Below are positions 50,465 through 60,262 of a DNA stretch of 64,000 bases, in pieces. A program made the position numbers and the translations under genes. The number at the start of each line of letters is the position of its first letter. The first letter of the stretch is position 1. Location: NCBI GenBank assembly GCA_964523615.1, contig CAZFZU010000002.1, forward strand, positions 33,682 through 97,681, read 5' to 3'. Under the pieces are notes generated by a model. The model made no database searches. It was given only the letters and a program-made list of their open reading frames with translations, and was not told where the DNA came from. The DNA is from an uncultured Eubacteriales bacterium. GTDB lineage: Bacteria > Acidobacteriota > Aminicenantia > Aminicenantales > Saccharicenantaceae.

Positions 50465-53400
50465 ATGGACATCGGCGGGCACCCCCGGACCCGGGCCGCC
50501 GCGACCGACGCCGTCCGGCTGGCCCGCGACCTCTTCGGCCTCGAGGCGACGGCCCGCCCCCTTCCCAGCGAATACGACGACAACTTCCGGCTCGACACCG
50601 CGGCGGGCGAGGTCCGGGTCCTCAAGGTCATGCACCCAATGCGCGACCCCGGCTTCGTCGACATGCAGTGCGCGGCCCTGGCGGCCATCGCCGAGCGCGC
50701 GCCCGGGCTGCCGGTCCCGCGCGTCGTCCCCGGCCTCGACGGGCGCCCCTCCGCGACTGCCGCGCTCGCCGACGGCGCGCCGCGCTTCGTCTGGATGCTC
50801 TCCTACCTCGACGGGCGCCCGCTGGCCGGCCTGCGGCCGGTGACGCCGGAGCTTCTCGCCGAGCTCGGCGCCGCCCTGGCCCGCCTCGACCTGGCCCTGG
50901 CCGGTTTCGCCCACCCCGCCGCCCGCCGCGAGCTCAAATGGGACCTGGCCAAGGCCGGATGGGTTCGCGGCCATATCGGCCTCATCGCCGACCCGCGGCG
51001 CCGGGCCCTGGTCGAAAGGGTCCTGGACCGCTACGACGCCGAGGCCGCGCCGGCCCTGCCCCGCCTGCGGCGGAGCGTCGTCTACGGCGACGCCAACGAG
51101 CACAACGTCCTCGTCAGGGTCGAGCCGGGGCGGCCGGCCCGCCTGTCCGGCCTCATCGACTTCGGCGACATGATCGAGACCGTGACCGTCGCGGAGGCCG
51201 CCGTGGCCGCGGCCTACGTCTCGTTCGGCGACCCTGACCCGCTCGAGGCCGTCCGGCCGCTCGTCGGGGCCTATCACCGCGTCCTCCCGCTCATGGACGA
51301 GGAATTGGCCGTCCTCGACGTCCTGATCCGGACGCGCCTTGCGGTCAGCGTCGTCAACTCCGCCTGCCGCTCCGCCGCCGAGCCGGACGACCCCTACCTC
51401 ACGGTCAGCGAAGCCCCGGCATGGGCCGCAATGGAGGCCTTCGACCGGGTCCCGCCCCGCCTGGCCCATTGCGCCTATCGCGACGCCTGCGGCCTGCCGC
51501 CCGCGCCCCACGGGCCGGCCGTCGTCCGCTGGCTCGGGGAGCGGCGCGGTTCCTTCGCGCCCGTCCTCGACCGCGATCCGCGGACGGCCCCCGTCGCCGT
51601 CCTGGACCTCTCGGTCGGCAGCCGGACGCTCGGCGCCGATCCAGCAGGGCTCGAGACACCGCGCCTCACGGAAACGGTCTCCCGCGTCCTGGCCGAGGCC
51701 GGGGCCGTCATCGGCGTCGGCCGCTACGACGAGGCCCGGGCCGTCTACACGACCGGCGCGTTCGCGGCCGGCGCGGGCCGTGCCGCGGAGAGGCGGACCG
51801 TCCATCTCGGCATCGACTTGAGCGTCCCGCCGGGGAGCGCCGTGCGCGCCCCCCTCGACGGCGCGGTCCATGTCGTCGCCGAGAACGCCGCGCCCAAGGA
51901 CTATGGGCCGCTCGTCATCCTGCGCCACGAGACCCCGGCCGGCGAGCCCTTCTTCACGCTCTACGGACACCTCGATGCGGCGTCGGTCGCCGGTCTGGCG
52001 CCGGGGCGGACGATCCGGGCCGGCGAGGCCTTCGCCGCCGTCGGCGCCCCGCCGCGGAACGGTGACTGGTGGCCGCACGTCCACGTCCAGATCGTTCTCG
52101 ACCTCCTGGGCCTCGACGCGGGCTTCCCCGGCGTCGCCGCGCCCGGCCGGCGATCGCTCTGGACGGGCCTCTCCCCCGACCCCAACCTCATTCTCGGCAT
52201 CCCGGCCGACCGCTTCCCCCGGCCCGAGCCGGACATATCCGAGACCCTGGCCGCGCGGCGCGCCCACATCGGGCCGAGTCTCAGCGTCTCCTACAGCGAG
52301 CCCCTCAAGATCGTCCGCGGCTGGATGCGGCATCTCTATGACGACATGGGGCGGGCCTACCTCGACGCCTACAACAACGTCCCCCTCGTCGGCCACAGCC
52401 ATCCCCGCGTCGTCCGGGCCGTGCAGGAGCAGATGGGCCTGCTCAACACGAACACCCGCTATCTCCACGACAACCTCGTCCGCTACGCGGCCCGGCTCAC
52501 GGCCCTGATGCCCGGGCCCCTCCGTGTCGCCTACATCCTCAACTCGGCCAGCGAGGCCAACGAGCTGTCCCTGCGCCTGGCCCGGACGCACGCCGGCCGC
52601 GAGGACGTCGTCGTCCTGGAGTCGGCCTACCACGGCCACACGACCGGTCTCGTCGACCTCAGCCCTTACAAGTTCGACGGGCCCGGCGGGCGCGGCCGCA
52701 AGCCCTGGGTCCACGTCGCGCCTCTCCCCGACGACTACCGCGGCCCGTTCAAGCGCGACGATCCCGAGGCCGGGCCGAAATACGCCGCGGCCGTCGGTCG
52801 GCTCCTGGCCGAAGAGGTCGCCCCCCGGGGCGGGCCGGCCGCCTTCATCGCCGAGACCCTGCCCAGCGTCGCCGGGCAGATCGTCCTGCCGCCCGGCTAC
52901 CTCCGCGAGGCCTACCGCCACGTCCGGGCGGCCGGGGGCCTGTGCATCGCGGATGAGGTCCAGGTCGGCTTCGGCCGCCTGGGCACGCGGTTCTGGGGCT
53001 TCGAGACGCAGGACGTCGTCCCGGACATCGTCGTCCTCGGCAAGCCCATCGGCAACGGCTTCCCGCTGGCGGCCGTCGTGACGACCGAGGCCGTCGCGGC
53101 CTCCTTCGCCAACGGCATGGAGTTCTTCAGCACCTTCGGCGGCAATCCCGTGGCCTGCGCCGCGGGCCTGGCCGTTCTCGACGTCATGGCCGAAGAGGGC
53201 CTTCAGGAGCGGGCCCTGCGGGTCGGCGAACACTTCATCGCCGGGCTCCGGCGGCTGGCGGAACGGCACCTCATCGTCGGCGACGTCCGCGGCTCGGGCC
53301 TGTTCCTGGGGATCGAGCTCGTCCGCGACCGCCGGACCCTCGAGCCGGCGGCGGCGGAAGCCGCTTATGTCGTCGAGCGCCTGCGCGAGCGGGGCATCCT

Positions 53401-53551
53401 GACCGGCACGGACGGCCCCCTCCACAACGTCCTCAAGGTCCGCCCGCCCCTCTGCTTCACGGACGAGGACGCGGATCTCTTCGTTTCCGTCCTGGACGAG
53501 ATCCTGGCCGAGGACCCGGCCCGGGCCGGCCTCGCCCCCGCCGCCCGCTAA
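50465..53551 (+). CDS. Three-domain fusion: APH-fold kinase, M23/LytM-like domain, class III aminotransferase-fold (phospho-lyase-like) domain
   Basis: The kinase domain has [13 protein letters not shown] and LIDFGDM. The M23 domain has HLGID (HxxxD) and PHVHVQ (HxH). The aminotransferase-III domain has [18 protein letters not shown] and [11 protein letters not shown] (PLP lysine). 1028 aa. Confidence 0.85.
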   Translation: MDIGGHPRTRAAATDAVRLARDLFGLEATARPLPSEYDDNFRLDTAAGEVRVLKVMHPMRDPGFVDMQCAALAAIAERAPGLPVPRVVPGLDGRPSATAALADGAPRFVWMLSYLDGRPLAGLRPVTPELLAELGAALARLDLALAGFAHPAARRELKWDLAKAGWVRGHIGLIADPRRRALVERVLDRYDAEAAPALPRLRRSVVYGDANEHNVLVRVEPGRPARLSGLIDFGDMIETVTVAEAAVAAAYVSFGDPDPLEAVRPLVGAYHRVLPLMDEELAVLDVLIRTRLAVSVVNSACRSAAEPDDPYLTVSEAPAWAAMEAFDRVPPRLAHCAYRDACGLPPAPHGPAVVRWLGERRGSFAPVLDRDPRTAPVAVLDLSVGSRTLGADPAGLETPRLTETVSRVLAEAGAVIGVGRYDEARAVYTTGAFAAGAGRAAERRTVHLGIDLSVPPGSAVRAPLDGAVHVVAENAAPKDYGPLVILRHETPAGEPFFTLYGHLDAASVAGLAPGRTIRAGEAFAAVGAPPRNGDWWPHVHVQIVLDLLGLDAGFPGVAAPGRRSLWTGLSPDPNLILGIPADRFPRPEPDISETLAARRAHIGPSLSVSYSEPLKIVRGWMRHLYDDMGRAYLDAYNNVPLVGHSHPRVVRAVQEQMGLLNTNTRYLHDNLVRYAARLTALMPGPLRVAYILNSASEANELSLRLARTHAGREDVVVLESAYHGHTTGLVDLSPYKFDGPGGRGRKPWVHVAPLPDDYRGPFKRDDPEAGPKYAAAVGRLLAEEVAPRGGPAAFIAETLPSVAGQIVLPPGYLREAYRHVRAAGGLCIADEVQVGFGRLGTRFWGFETQDVVPDIVVLGKPIGNGFPLAAVVTTEAVAASFANGMEFFSTFGGNPVACAAGLAVLDVMAEEGLQERALRVGEHFIAGLRRLAERHLIVGDVRGSGLFLGIELVRDRRTLEPAAAEAAYVVERLRERGILTGTDGPLHNVLKVRPPLCFTDEDADLFVSVLDEILAEDPARAGLAPAAR

Positions 53552-53560
53552 GGAGAGCCC

Positions 53561-54907
53561 ATGTCCATCAAGGCCAAGCTGACCACCTTCGACGCGACCA
53601 TGATCGTCGTCAGCCTCATCATCGGCATCGGCATCTTCCGGACCCCGGCCATGGTCGCCGCGGCCGCCAAGACGCCGACGCTCTTTTACGCCGCCTGGGG
53701 CCTCGGCGGACTGGTCAGCCTGATCGGGGCCCTGACCTTCGCCGAGATCGGCGGCCGCTTCGCCAAGCCGGGCAGCTATTACAAGGTCGTGGCCGAGAGC
53801 TACGGCTCCGGCCTGGCCTTCATGCTCAACTGGACCAACGTCGTCATCCTCAACGGGGCGGGCGCGGCCGGCGTGGCCCTCATCGGGGCCGAGTACCTGA
53901 CGCCCGTCCTGTTCCCCGGCGCCGCGCCGACGGTGCTGCGGACCGAGCTCACCGCCGTCGTGCTCATCCTCGGGCTCCTGGCCGTCAACTACCTCGGCAT
54001 CAAGACGGGCGCCTGGGCCCAGAACGTCCTCAGCGTCCTCAAGGTCGTCATGATCGGCGTCCTGGCCGCGGCGGCCTTCCTGTCGAAGCGGGCCCCGGAA
54101 GGCCCGGCTGCCCTGCCGCTCGACCGGCCCTGGTTCTTCGCCCTCGGCGTGGCCTTCATCTACGTGTTCTACGCCTACGGCGGCTACCAGAACACGATCA
54201 ACTTCGGGGCCGACGTCCGCGACGCCCGGCGCAACGTGCCGCGAGCCGTGTTCTTCGGCATCCTCGTCGTCCTGGCCTGCTACCTGACCATCAACGCCGC
54301 CTACGTCAAGGTCTTGGGCGTGCCCGGCATCGCCGCGGCCAAGCTCGTGGCCGCCGAGACGGCCCGGGCGACCATGGGCGGGACGGGGCACCTGGTCGTC
54401 TCCCTGGCCATCTTCCTCTCGGCCATGGGCTTCCTCAACGTCACCCTGATGCAGATCCCGCGCGTCTACTACTCGATGGCCGAGGACCGGACCCTGCCGG
54501 CCGTCTTCCGCAAGGTCAACGCCAGGACCCAGACCCAGGAGTTCGGGCTGCTCTTCCTGGGGGCCATCATCCTGGTCTCCATCTTCCTGCTGCGGCAGTT
54601 CGAGAACATCGTCAACTACGTCATGTTCCTCGACACCATCACCCTGGCCATCGTCTCGTCCTCGGTCTTCGTCCTGCGGCGCAAGGCCCGGCTCGCGGGC
54701 GAGGCCTACGACGGCTACCGGGTCCCCCTCTACCCCGTCCTGCCGCTCGTCTTCATCGCCGTCATGCTGGCCGTGGCCGGGAACGTCCTGGCCACCCAGA
54801 CCCGCGAGGCCCTCTACGGGGCGGTCTTCTTCGCCGTGGGCTTCCCCGTGTTCCTGCTCATGCGCGGCGTCAGCCGCCGCGGCGGCGACGGCCCGCCGGC
54901 CGTCTAG
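53561..54907 (+). CDS. APC-superfamily amino acid/amine permease
   Basis: 448 aa with 12 transmembrane segments. The N-terminal L..FD...IV....IG.GIF..P motif is present. AAGGAG lies in front of the ATG. Confidence 0.85.
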   Translation: MSIKAKLTTFDATMIVVSLIIGIGIFRTPAMVAAAAKTPTLFYAAWGLGGLVSLIGALTFAEIGGRFAKPGSYYKVVAESYGSGLAFMLNWTNVVILNGAGAAGVALIGAEYLTPVLFPGAAPTVLRTELTAVVLILGLLAVNYLGIKTGAWAQNVLSVLKVVMIGVLAAAAFLSKRAPEGPAALPLDRPWFFALGVAFIYVFYAYGGYQNTINFGADVRDARRNVPRAVFFGILVVLACYLTINAAYVKVLGVPGIAAAKLVAAETARATMGGTGHLVVSLAIFLSAMGFLNVTLMQIPRVYYSMAEDRTLPAVFRKVNARTQTQEFGLLFLGAIILVSIFLLRQFENIVNYVMFLDTITLAIVSSSVFVLRRKARLAGEAYDGYRVPLYPVLPLVFIAVMLAVAGNVLATQTREALYGAVFFAVGFPVFLLMRGVSRRGGDGPPAV

Positions 54908-54909
54908 GC

Positions 54910-54979
54910 GGGGGACGACGAGGGGGACATGTCCCCGGGGGTCGCAGCCCCCGTGTCCCGTGGTAGAATACGGGGGACA
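54910..54979. repeat. Cluster of GGGGGAC / GGGGACATGTCCCC palindrome units around the pirin promoter
   Basis: GGGGGAC at 54910-54916. Perfect palindrome GGGGACATGTCCCC at 54923-54936. GTGTCCCG (54953-54960) and GGGGGACA (54972-54979) bracket TGgTAGAAT, an extended -10 element at 54961-54969. Confidence 0.8.
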
Positions 54980-54989
54980 GGAGGGGCCC

Positions 54990-55898
54990 ATGGACAAGAC
55001 CCGCGCCATCCGTAAGGTCCTCGTCAGCCAGCCGACGCTCGAAGGGGCCGGTGTCCACCTGCGCCGCGGCTTCGGCTTCCGCGAGGTCCCGCTCTTCGAT
55101 CCCTTTTTGATGTTCGACGACTTCCGCCAGGACGACCCGGACAAGTACCTGCCCGGCTTCCCCTGGCACCCCCACCGCGGCATCGAGACCATCACCTACA
55201 TGGTCCGCGGCACGGCCGAGCACGGCGACAGCATGGGCAACAGCGGCGTCATCGGCCCGGGCGACGTCCAATGGATGACGGCCGGCAGCGGCATCGTCCA
55301 CCAGGAGATGCCCAAGGGCGGTCCGGACGGCCGCATGGGCGGCTTTCAGCTCTGGGCCAACCTGCCCGCCTCGCAGAAGATGATGGCCCCGCGCTACCGC
55401 GACGTGAAGGAAGCCGACATCCCCGAAGCCGCCCTGCCCGGAGGCGTCACGGCCAAGGTCATCTGCGGCACGGTCGCCGGCGTCAGCGGCCCGGTCCGCG
55501 ACATCGTCATCGAGCCCGAGTACCTCGACGTGGCCATGCCCGCGGGGACGGCGTTCGTCCACCCGACGGCGCCCGGTCACACCGTCATCGCTTACGTCTT
55601 CGAGGGCGAGGGCTGCTTCTCGGACGCCGCCGGGCCCTCGTCCTACGACGTCGAGCCGGCCAGCTACTTCGACCTGGAGACCCGGCCCGTCCAGGGCGAG
55701 CACGCGATCATCCTGTTCGGCGACGGCGGGCGGGTCCGGGTGACCACCGCGGCCTCGCCGGTCCGCTTCCTGCTCGTGTCGGGCCGCCCACTCGGCGAGC
55801 CCATCGCCTGGCGCGGCCCCATCGTCATGAACACCCAGGAGGAGCTCCAGACGGCCTTCCGCGAGTACCGGGCCGGGACGTTCATCAAGTCGGAATAA
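54990..55898 (+). CDS. Pirin-family (bicupin) protein
   Basis: GFPWHPHRGIETITYMVRG...HGDS...G.GDVQWMTAGSGIVHQE is the pirin metal-site signature. The ATG is preceded by GGAGGGG. Confidence 0.9.
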   Translation: MDKTRAIRKVLVSQPTLEGAGVHLRRGFGFREVPLFDPFLMFDDFRQDDPDKYLPGFPWHPHRGIETITYMVRGTAEHGDSMGNSGVIGPGDVQWMTAGSGIVHQEMPKGGPDGRMGGFQLWANLPASQKMMAPRYRDVKEADIPEAALPGGVTAKVICGTVAGVSGPVRDIVIEPEYLDVAMPAGTAFVHPTAPGHTVIAYVFEGEGCFSDAAGPSSYDVEPASYFDLETRPVQGEHAIILFGDGGRVRVTTAASPVRFLLVSGRPLGEPIAWRGPIVMNTQEELQTAFREYRAGTFIKSE

Positions 55899-55930
55899 GG
55901 GGGGACACGTCCCTGAGGGACATGTCCCCC
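55899..55930. repeat. Inverted pair of the palindrome unit (13 of 14 bp stem, TGA loop) immediately after the pirin stop codon
   Basis: GGGGGGACACGTCCC-TGA-GGGACATGTCCCCC. Confidence 0.85.
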
Positions 55931-55990
55931 TTCAGGTTGCATTGGCCCGGTGAAACGGGTAATCTGGGGGCCGACACGAGGAGGCCCGCC

Positions 55991-57256
55991 ATGCCGATGA
56001 CCGGCCGAGAACGCCTGGCCGCCGCGCTCGCCCACCGGGCGCCCGATCGCGTCCCCGTCGACTTCAACGGCACGGCCGTGACCGGCATGCACGTCAAGTG
56101 CGTCATCGGCCTGCGGCGCCATTACGGGCTCGAGGAGCGCCTGGTCAAGGTCCACGAGCCCTACCAGATGCTGGGCTGGCTCGACGACGACCTCCAGACC
56201 GTTCTCGGCATCGACGTCGAGGGCGCCTACGGCCCCAACACCATGTTCGGCTACCGCAACGAGAACTGGACGCCCTGGCGCATGGACGACGGGACCGAGG
56301 TCCTCATGTCGGGGAATTTCGTGACGACCAAGGACGCGAACGGCGATACGCTGGTCTTCCCCGAAGGCGACCGCTCCGCCCGACCGTCCGGGCGCCTGCC
56401 CAAGAATGGCTTCTTCTTCGACACCATCGTCCGCCAGGACCCCATCGACGAGGCGAAGCTCGATCCCGCCGACAACCTCCAGGAGTTCGGGCCCATCGAC
56501 GAGGCCACCCTGGACCACTGGGAGCGGGAGAGCCGCCGGGCCGGCGCGACCGGCCGCGGCGTCATCGCCAGCTTCGGCGGCACGGCCCTCGGCGACATCG
56601 CCCTCGTCCCCGGCCCCCAGCTCAAGCACCCCAGGGGCATCCGCGACATCGAGGAGTGGTACGTCTCCACCCTGACCCGCCGCCCCTATGTCCACAAGGT
56701 CTTCGAGGGCCAGACCGAGATGGCCCTCCGCAACCTGGCCAGGATCCACGAGCGGGTCGGCGACCAGGTCCAGGCCGCCTTCGTCTGCGGCACGGACTTC
56801 GGGACCCAACAGTCGACCTTCTGCTCGGTGGACGCCTTCCGCGAGCTCTACTTGCCCTATTACAGGCGTATCAACGACTGGATCCACGCGCACACCGGCT
56901 GGAAGTCGTTCAAGCACTCCTGCGGCGCCGTGGCCGCCCTGATCCCCTCCTTCATCGACAGCGGCTTCGACATCCTCAATCCCGTCCAGCTCTCGGCCGC
57001 CGGGATGGACGCCCGCCGGCTCAAGGCGGAGTTCGGCCGGGACCTCGTCTTCTGGGGCGGCGGCGTCGACACCCAGAGGACCCTGGCTTTCGGGACGCCG
57101 GAGGCGGTCCGGGCCGAGGTCCTGGAGCGCTGCGAGGTCCTCGGCCGCGACGGCGGCTTCGTCTTCAACACCGTCCACAACATCCAGGCCAACGTCCCCA
57201 TCGCCAATATCGCGGCCATGTTCGAGGCCGTGGGCGAATTCAACGGACGGGGCTAG
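55991..57256 (+). CDS. Uroporphyrinogen-decarboxylase (URO-D) family protein, MtaA/CmuA-like fold, function unknown
   Basis: 421 aa. The N-terminus MTGRERLAAALAHRAPDRVPVDF and the C-terminal block ILNPVQ...MD...LK..FG..L.FWGG.D...L..GTPE.V are typical of the URO-D family. Confidence 0.75.
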   Translation: MPMTGRERLAAALAHRAPDRVPVDFNGTAVTGMHVKCVIGLRRHYGLEERLVKVHEPYQMLGWLDDDLQTVLGIDVEGAYGPNTMFGYRNENWTPWRMDDGTEVLMSGNFVTTKDANGDTLVFPEGDRSARPSGRLPKNGFFFDTIVRQDPIDEAKLDPADNLQEFGPIDEATLDHWERESRRAGATGRGVIASFGGTALGDIALVPGPQLKHPRGIRDIEEWYVSTLTRRPYVHKVFEGQTEMALRNLARIHERVGDQVQAAFVCGTDFGTQQSTFCSVDAFRELYLPYYRRINDWIHAHTGWKSFKHSCGAVAALIPSFIDSGFDILNPVQLSAAGMDARRLKAEFGRDLVFWGGGVDTQRTLAFGTPEAVRAEVLERCEVLGRDGGFVFNTVHNIQANVPIANIAAMFEAVGEFNGRG

Positions 57257-57296
57257 GCCCCTGTGCCCAGACGAGGGAAGCGTGACATATGGGAAA

Positions 57297-57366
57297 GGGG
57301 GACATGTCCGCACAACAGGGGGACACGTACCCGGTACATGTCCCCATCGCGCGAGTACGTGTCCCC
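57297..57366. repeat. Four palindrome units upstream of the MFS transporter gene
   Basis: GGGGGACATGTCCG (57297-57310). GGGGGACACGTACCC (57318-57332) abuts GGTACATGTCCCC (57333-57345). GAGTACGTGTCCCC (57353-57366). Confidence 0.85.
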
Positions 57367-57380
57367 GTTTTAGGGGGCGA

Positions 57381-58715
57381 ATGAAAAAAACGACCTTCTA
57401 CGTCGTCTCCGTCACGTTGATCGCCGCCCTCGGCGGCCTCATCTTCGGCTTCGACACGGCCATCGTCGCCGGTGCGACCCGCTATATGAAGGAGCGTTTC
57501 GCCCTCGACGCGCTCCAGGAGGGCTGGACGGTGGCCGTCGTCCTCATCGGCTGCATGTTCGGCGCCGGGCTGGCCGGGCCGGTCAGCGACCGCATCGGCC
57601 GGCGCCGCTTCATGCTCGTCTCGGCCGTCCTCTTCCTCATCTCGGCGGCCGGCTGCGCCCTGCCCCGGACGCTGGCCCAGTTCATGGCCTTCCGCTTCGT
57701 CGGCGGCCTGGGCATCGGCTCGGCGGCCGTCCTGTCGCCTCTCTACATCGCCGAGATCGCCCCGGCCCGGGCCCGCGGCGCCCTCGTCTCGGTCAACCAG
57801 CTGGCCATCGTCACCGGCATCCTGCTGGCCTACTTCGTCAACTGGGCTTTCGCCGGGGCCGGCCCCGACAACTGGCGCTGGATGTACGCCATGGGCGCCG
57901 TCCCTTCCGTGGCCTTCTTCCTGCTCCTCCTCGGCGTGCCGGAGAGCCCGCGCTGGCTGGTCAAGAACGGGCGCGAGGCCGAGGCCCGGACCGTTCTGGC
58001 CCGGGCCGACACGCCCGAGGCCGCCGAGGCGGGCATCCGCGATATCCGGGCGGCTCTGGCCCTGGAGTCGGGCTCCTTCCGCGAGGTCTTCCGGCCGGCC
58101 TTCCGGCGGCCCCTCGTCCTGGCCGTGGTCCTGGCCGTCTTTCAGCAGGTCACCGGCATCAACGCCATCCTCTACTACGCGCCGCGGATCTTCGAGGGCG
58201 CCGGCTTCGAGCGGATGTCGGCCATCGGGCAGTCCACGGTCGTCGGGCTGGTCAACCTGCTGTTCACGGTCGTGGCCATCCTGCTCGCCGACCGGGTCGG
58301 GCGTCGGCCGCTCCTGCTCGCGGCCACGGCCGGCATGGGCGTCTCCCTCGTCCTCATCGGGGCCGCCTTCCGCTTCCCCGTCCTGCCGGCCTCGGCCCTG
58401 CTCGTCGTCATCCTGTTCTACATCGCCTTCTTCGCCTCGGCCATGGGCCCGCTCGTCTGGGTGGTCATGGCCGAGATCTTCCCCATCAAGGTCCGCGGCG
58501 CGGCCATGGGCCTGGCCACGGTCGTCCTGTGGCTGGCCGACTTCGCCGTGACCCTGACCTTCCCGGTCCTCTCGGACCGCTCCCATCCCTCGACGGCCTT
58601 CTGGCTGTACGCGGCCATGTGCGCCCTGGCCTTCGTGTTCATGGCCTTCCGGCTGCCGGAGACCAAAGGACGGACGCTCGAGGAGATCGAGCGGGGCTGG
58701 CTGACGGCGTCCTAG
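57381..58715 (+). CDS. MFS sugar porter family transporter
   Basis: Motifs GGLIFGFDT, DRIGRRR, VPESPRWL and PETKGRTLEEIE. 444 aa. Confidence 0.9.
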   Translation: MKKTTFYVVSVTLIAALGGLIFGFDTAIVAGATRYMKERFALDALQEGWTVAVVLIGCMFGAGLAGPVSDRIGRRRFMLVSAVLFLISAAGCALPRTLAQFMAFRFVGGLGIGSAAVLSPLYIAEIAPARARGALVSVNQLAIVTGILLAYFVNWAFAGAGPDNWRWMYAMGAVPSVAFFLLLLGVPESPRWLVKNGREAEARTVLARADTPEAAEAGIRDIRAALALESGSFREVFRPAFRRPLVLAVVLAVFQQVTGINAILYYAPRIFEGAGFERMSAIGQSTVVGLVNLLFTVVAILLADRVGRRPLLLAATAGMGVSLVLIGAAFRFPVLPASALLVVILFYIAFFASAMGPLVWVVMAEIFPIKVRGAAMGLATVVLWLADFAVTLTFPVLSDRSHPSTAFWLYAAMCALAFVFMAFRLPETKGRTLEEIERGWLTAS

Positions 58716-58727
58716 GGACGGTCCGAC

Positions 58728-59321
58728 CTAGTTCCCGGCCAGGGCCCCGGCCAGCTTGCCCATGACGACGTCGAGCTCCTCGACCAGGATGCTGGACAGG
58801 ACCGCCGGCAGGAACTGGACCTTGCGCGCGCCCAGGGCTTTGCGCCGGTCGAAGGTGTGCTTGAGAAGGCTCCGGCCGGTCTTGAACTCGAGGAACTCCA
58901 AGTCCATGGCCAGCCGGCCGAACCAGGCGTTGGGCTCGTCGATCTCCTCGAGCAGCCGGACGCTGGCGCGCAGGACGACCTGGGGATCGCCCTGGAGAAC
59001 GTCCATCGTGACCCGGGGGAAGCCCTCCTTGCGGCCGAGGTAGTCGCTGATGGCCTCGCGGAAGAGGGCATCGGGCTTCTTGGCCCAAAAGGCATGGGAG
59101 TAGTACTTGAGCTCGAAGGGCGAGACCCGGTAGATGACCCGGAAGTCGTCGTAGAGGGGATCGACGCGGACGGGCTCGATGTACAGCATCCGTTCCACCC
59201 GGGCGTGCGGCTCGGGGCTGCGGTCGATGGGGACGATCTGGAAATAACGCTTGGCCGGCGTCGAGAAGCAGCCGGCGATCAGGATGACGGCCGCCAGGGC
59301 CAGGGCGTGTTTCCTCATCAT
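58728..59321 (-). CDS. ABC-transport auxiliary lipoprotein (DUF330/YmbA-PqiC-like)
   Basis: Lipobox LIAGC. 197 aa. It lies immediately downstream of an MCE-domain gene and overlaps it by 4 nt. Confidence 0.75.
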   Translation of the reverse strand: MMRKHALALAAVILIAGCFSTPAKRYFQIVPIDRSPEPHARVERMLYIEPVRVDPLYDDFRVIYRVSPFELKYYSHAFWAKKPDALFREAISDYLGRKEGFPRVTMDVLQGDPQVVLRASVRLLEEIDEPNAWFGRLAMDLEFLEFKTGRSLLKHTFDRRKALGARKVQFLPAVLSSILVEELDVVMGKLAGALAGN

Positions 59322-60262
59322 TTCTTGTCCTTTCGTGTCCGCAGAATGGCCGACGGCTCCTCGGCGATCTCGCGCGAGAAGCGGGCCAGGTTCTCGATGG
59401 CCACGCCGAGACTGGCGAAGGTCCGGGTGAGCTCCGTCTGCTGTTCGAGGAGGACGCCCTCGACCTTCTTCATGGTCACCGAGGCCGTGTCGAGGAAGGA
59501 CCGGACGTCCTTGAGGACCTGTCCCAGCTCCTCGGCCGAGAAGCGGTCGGCGACGTTGCCCAGGGTCCGCTCGGAGTTGGCCTCGACCGTCCGGACGAGG
59601 CGGCTCAGGTCGTCCGTCAGAGGCACGAACTTCTCGGTCGCCCGGGCGAACTCGGCCGAGGCCTTTTCCAGGCTGAGCAGGGTGTTCTCGAGCGAGGCCC
59701 GGCGGGACTCGAGCAGGCCCGAGACCGAGGCCGAGCTCTTCTCGGCGTTCTCCAGGAAGGCCGAGAAGCGCTCGATGTTCTCGGGCGCCAGCAACTCCGT
59801 GATGCGCTTGGCCGTCGTCTCGACGTTGTTGACGATATCGTCGGCCCTCTCGCCCAGGCCCCGGCCGGTCGGGATCTCGCCGTGGGCCTTGAGGTTGGCG
59901 GCCCCGGGCGTGCCGCCGCTGAGCTCGATGTACTTCTGGCCGGTCAGCCCGATGTAGACGAGGACGGCTTGCATGTCGGTCTTGACGACCAGCTCGGGCC
60001 GGATCTTGAGCCCGACGTCGACGCTGTCGAGGTCCGTCCGGGTGACCTCGATGAACGTCACCCGCCCGACCTCGACGCCGCGGTACTTGACGGGCGAGCC
60101 GACGGCCAGCCCGTGGACCGAGGTGTCCTTGAACCGGACCATGAATTCCGTCCCGGGATCGCGCAGCTTGGGCAGGATGAAGAAGCCGGCCACGGCGATG
60201 AAGACGACCGTGGCGATCGACAGGAAGATCCCCAGCCGGGTCTTTTGCTCATGCGTCATCAT
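59318..60262 (-). CDS. MlaD/MCE-domain substrate-binding protein
   Basis: I chose the start MMTHEQKTRLGIFLSIATVVFIAVAGFFIL (transmembrane anchor). MCE block FKDTSVHGLAVGSPVKYRGVEVGRV, followed by a long helical tail. Confidence 0.8.
   Translation of the reverse strand: MMTHEQKTRLGIFLSIATVVFIAVAGFFILPKLRDPGTEFMVRFKDTSVHGLAVGSPVKYRGVEVGRVTFIEVTRTDLDSVDVGLKIRPELVVKTDMQAVLVYIGLTGQKYIELSGGTPGAANLKAHGEIPTGRGLGERADDIVNNVETTAKRITELLAPENIERFSAFLENAEKSSASVSGLLESRRASLENTLLSLEKASAEFARATEKFVPLTDDLSRLVRTVEANSERTLGNVADRFSAEELGQVLKDVRSFLDTASVTMKKVEGVLLEQQTELTRTFASLGVAIENLARFSREIAEEPSAILRTRKDKK

Noticed and set aside
49145-55195. A 2016-aa minus-strand ORF. Similar giant antisense or out-of-frame ORFs occur elsewhere: 46072-49074 minus, 41650-44598 minus, 16759-19581 plus, 25470-28334 plus, 36205-38979 minus, and the N-terminal part of 31533-35432.
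   Set aside because: Their translations are low-complexity R/P/G/D/E-rich strings with no motifs. They lie exactly opposite, or out of frame with, genes that have clear family signatures. Long stop-free antisense frames are expected in DNA this GC-rich.
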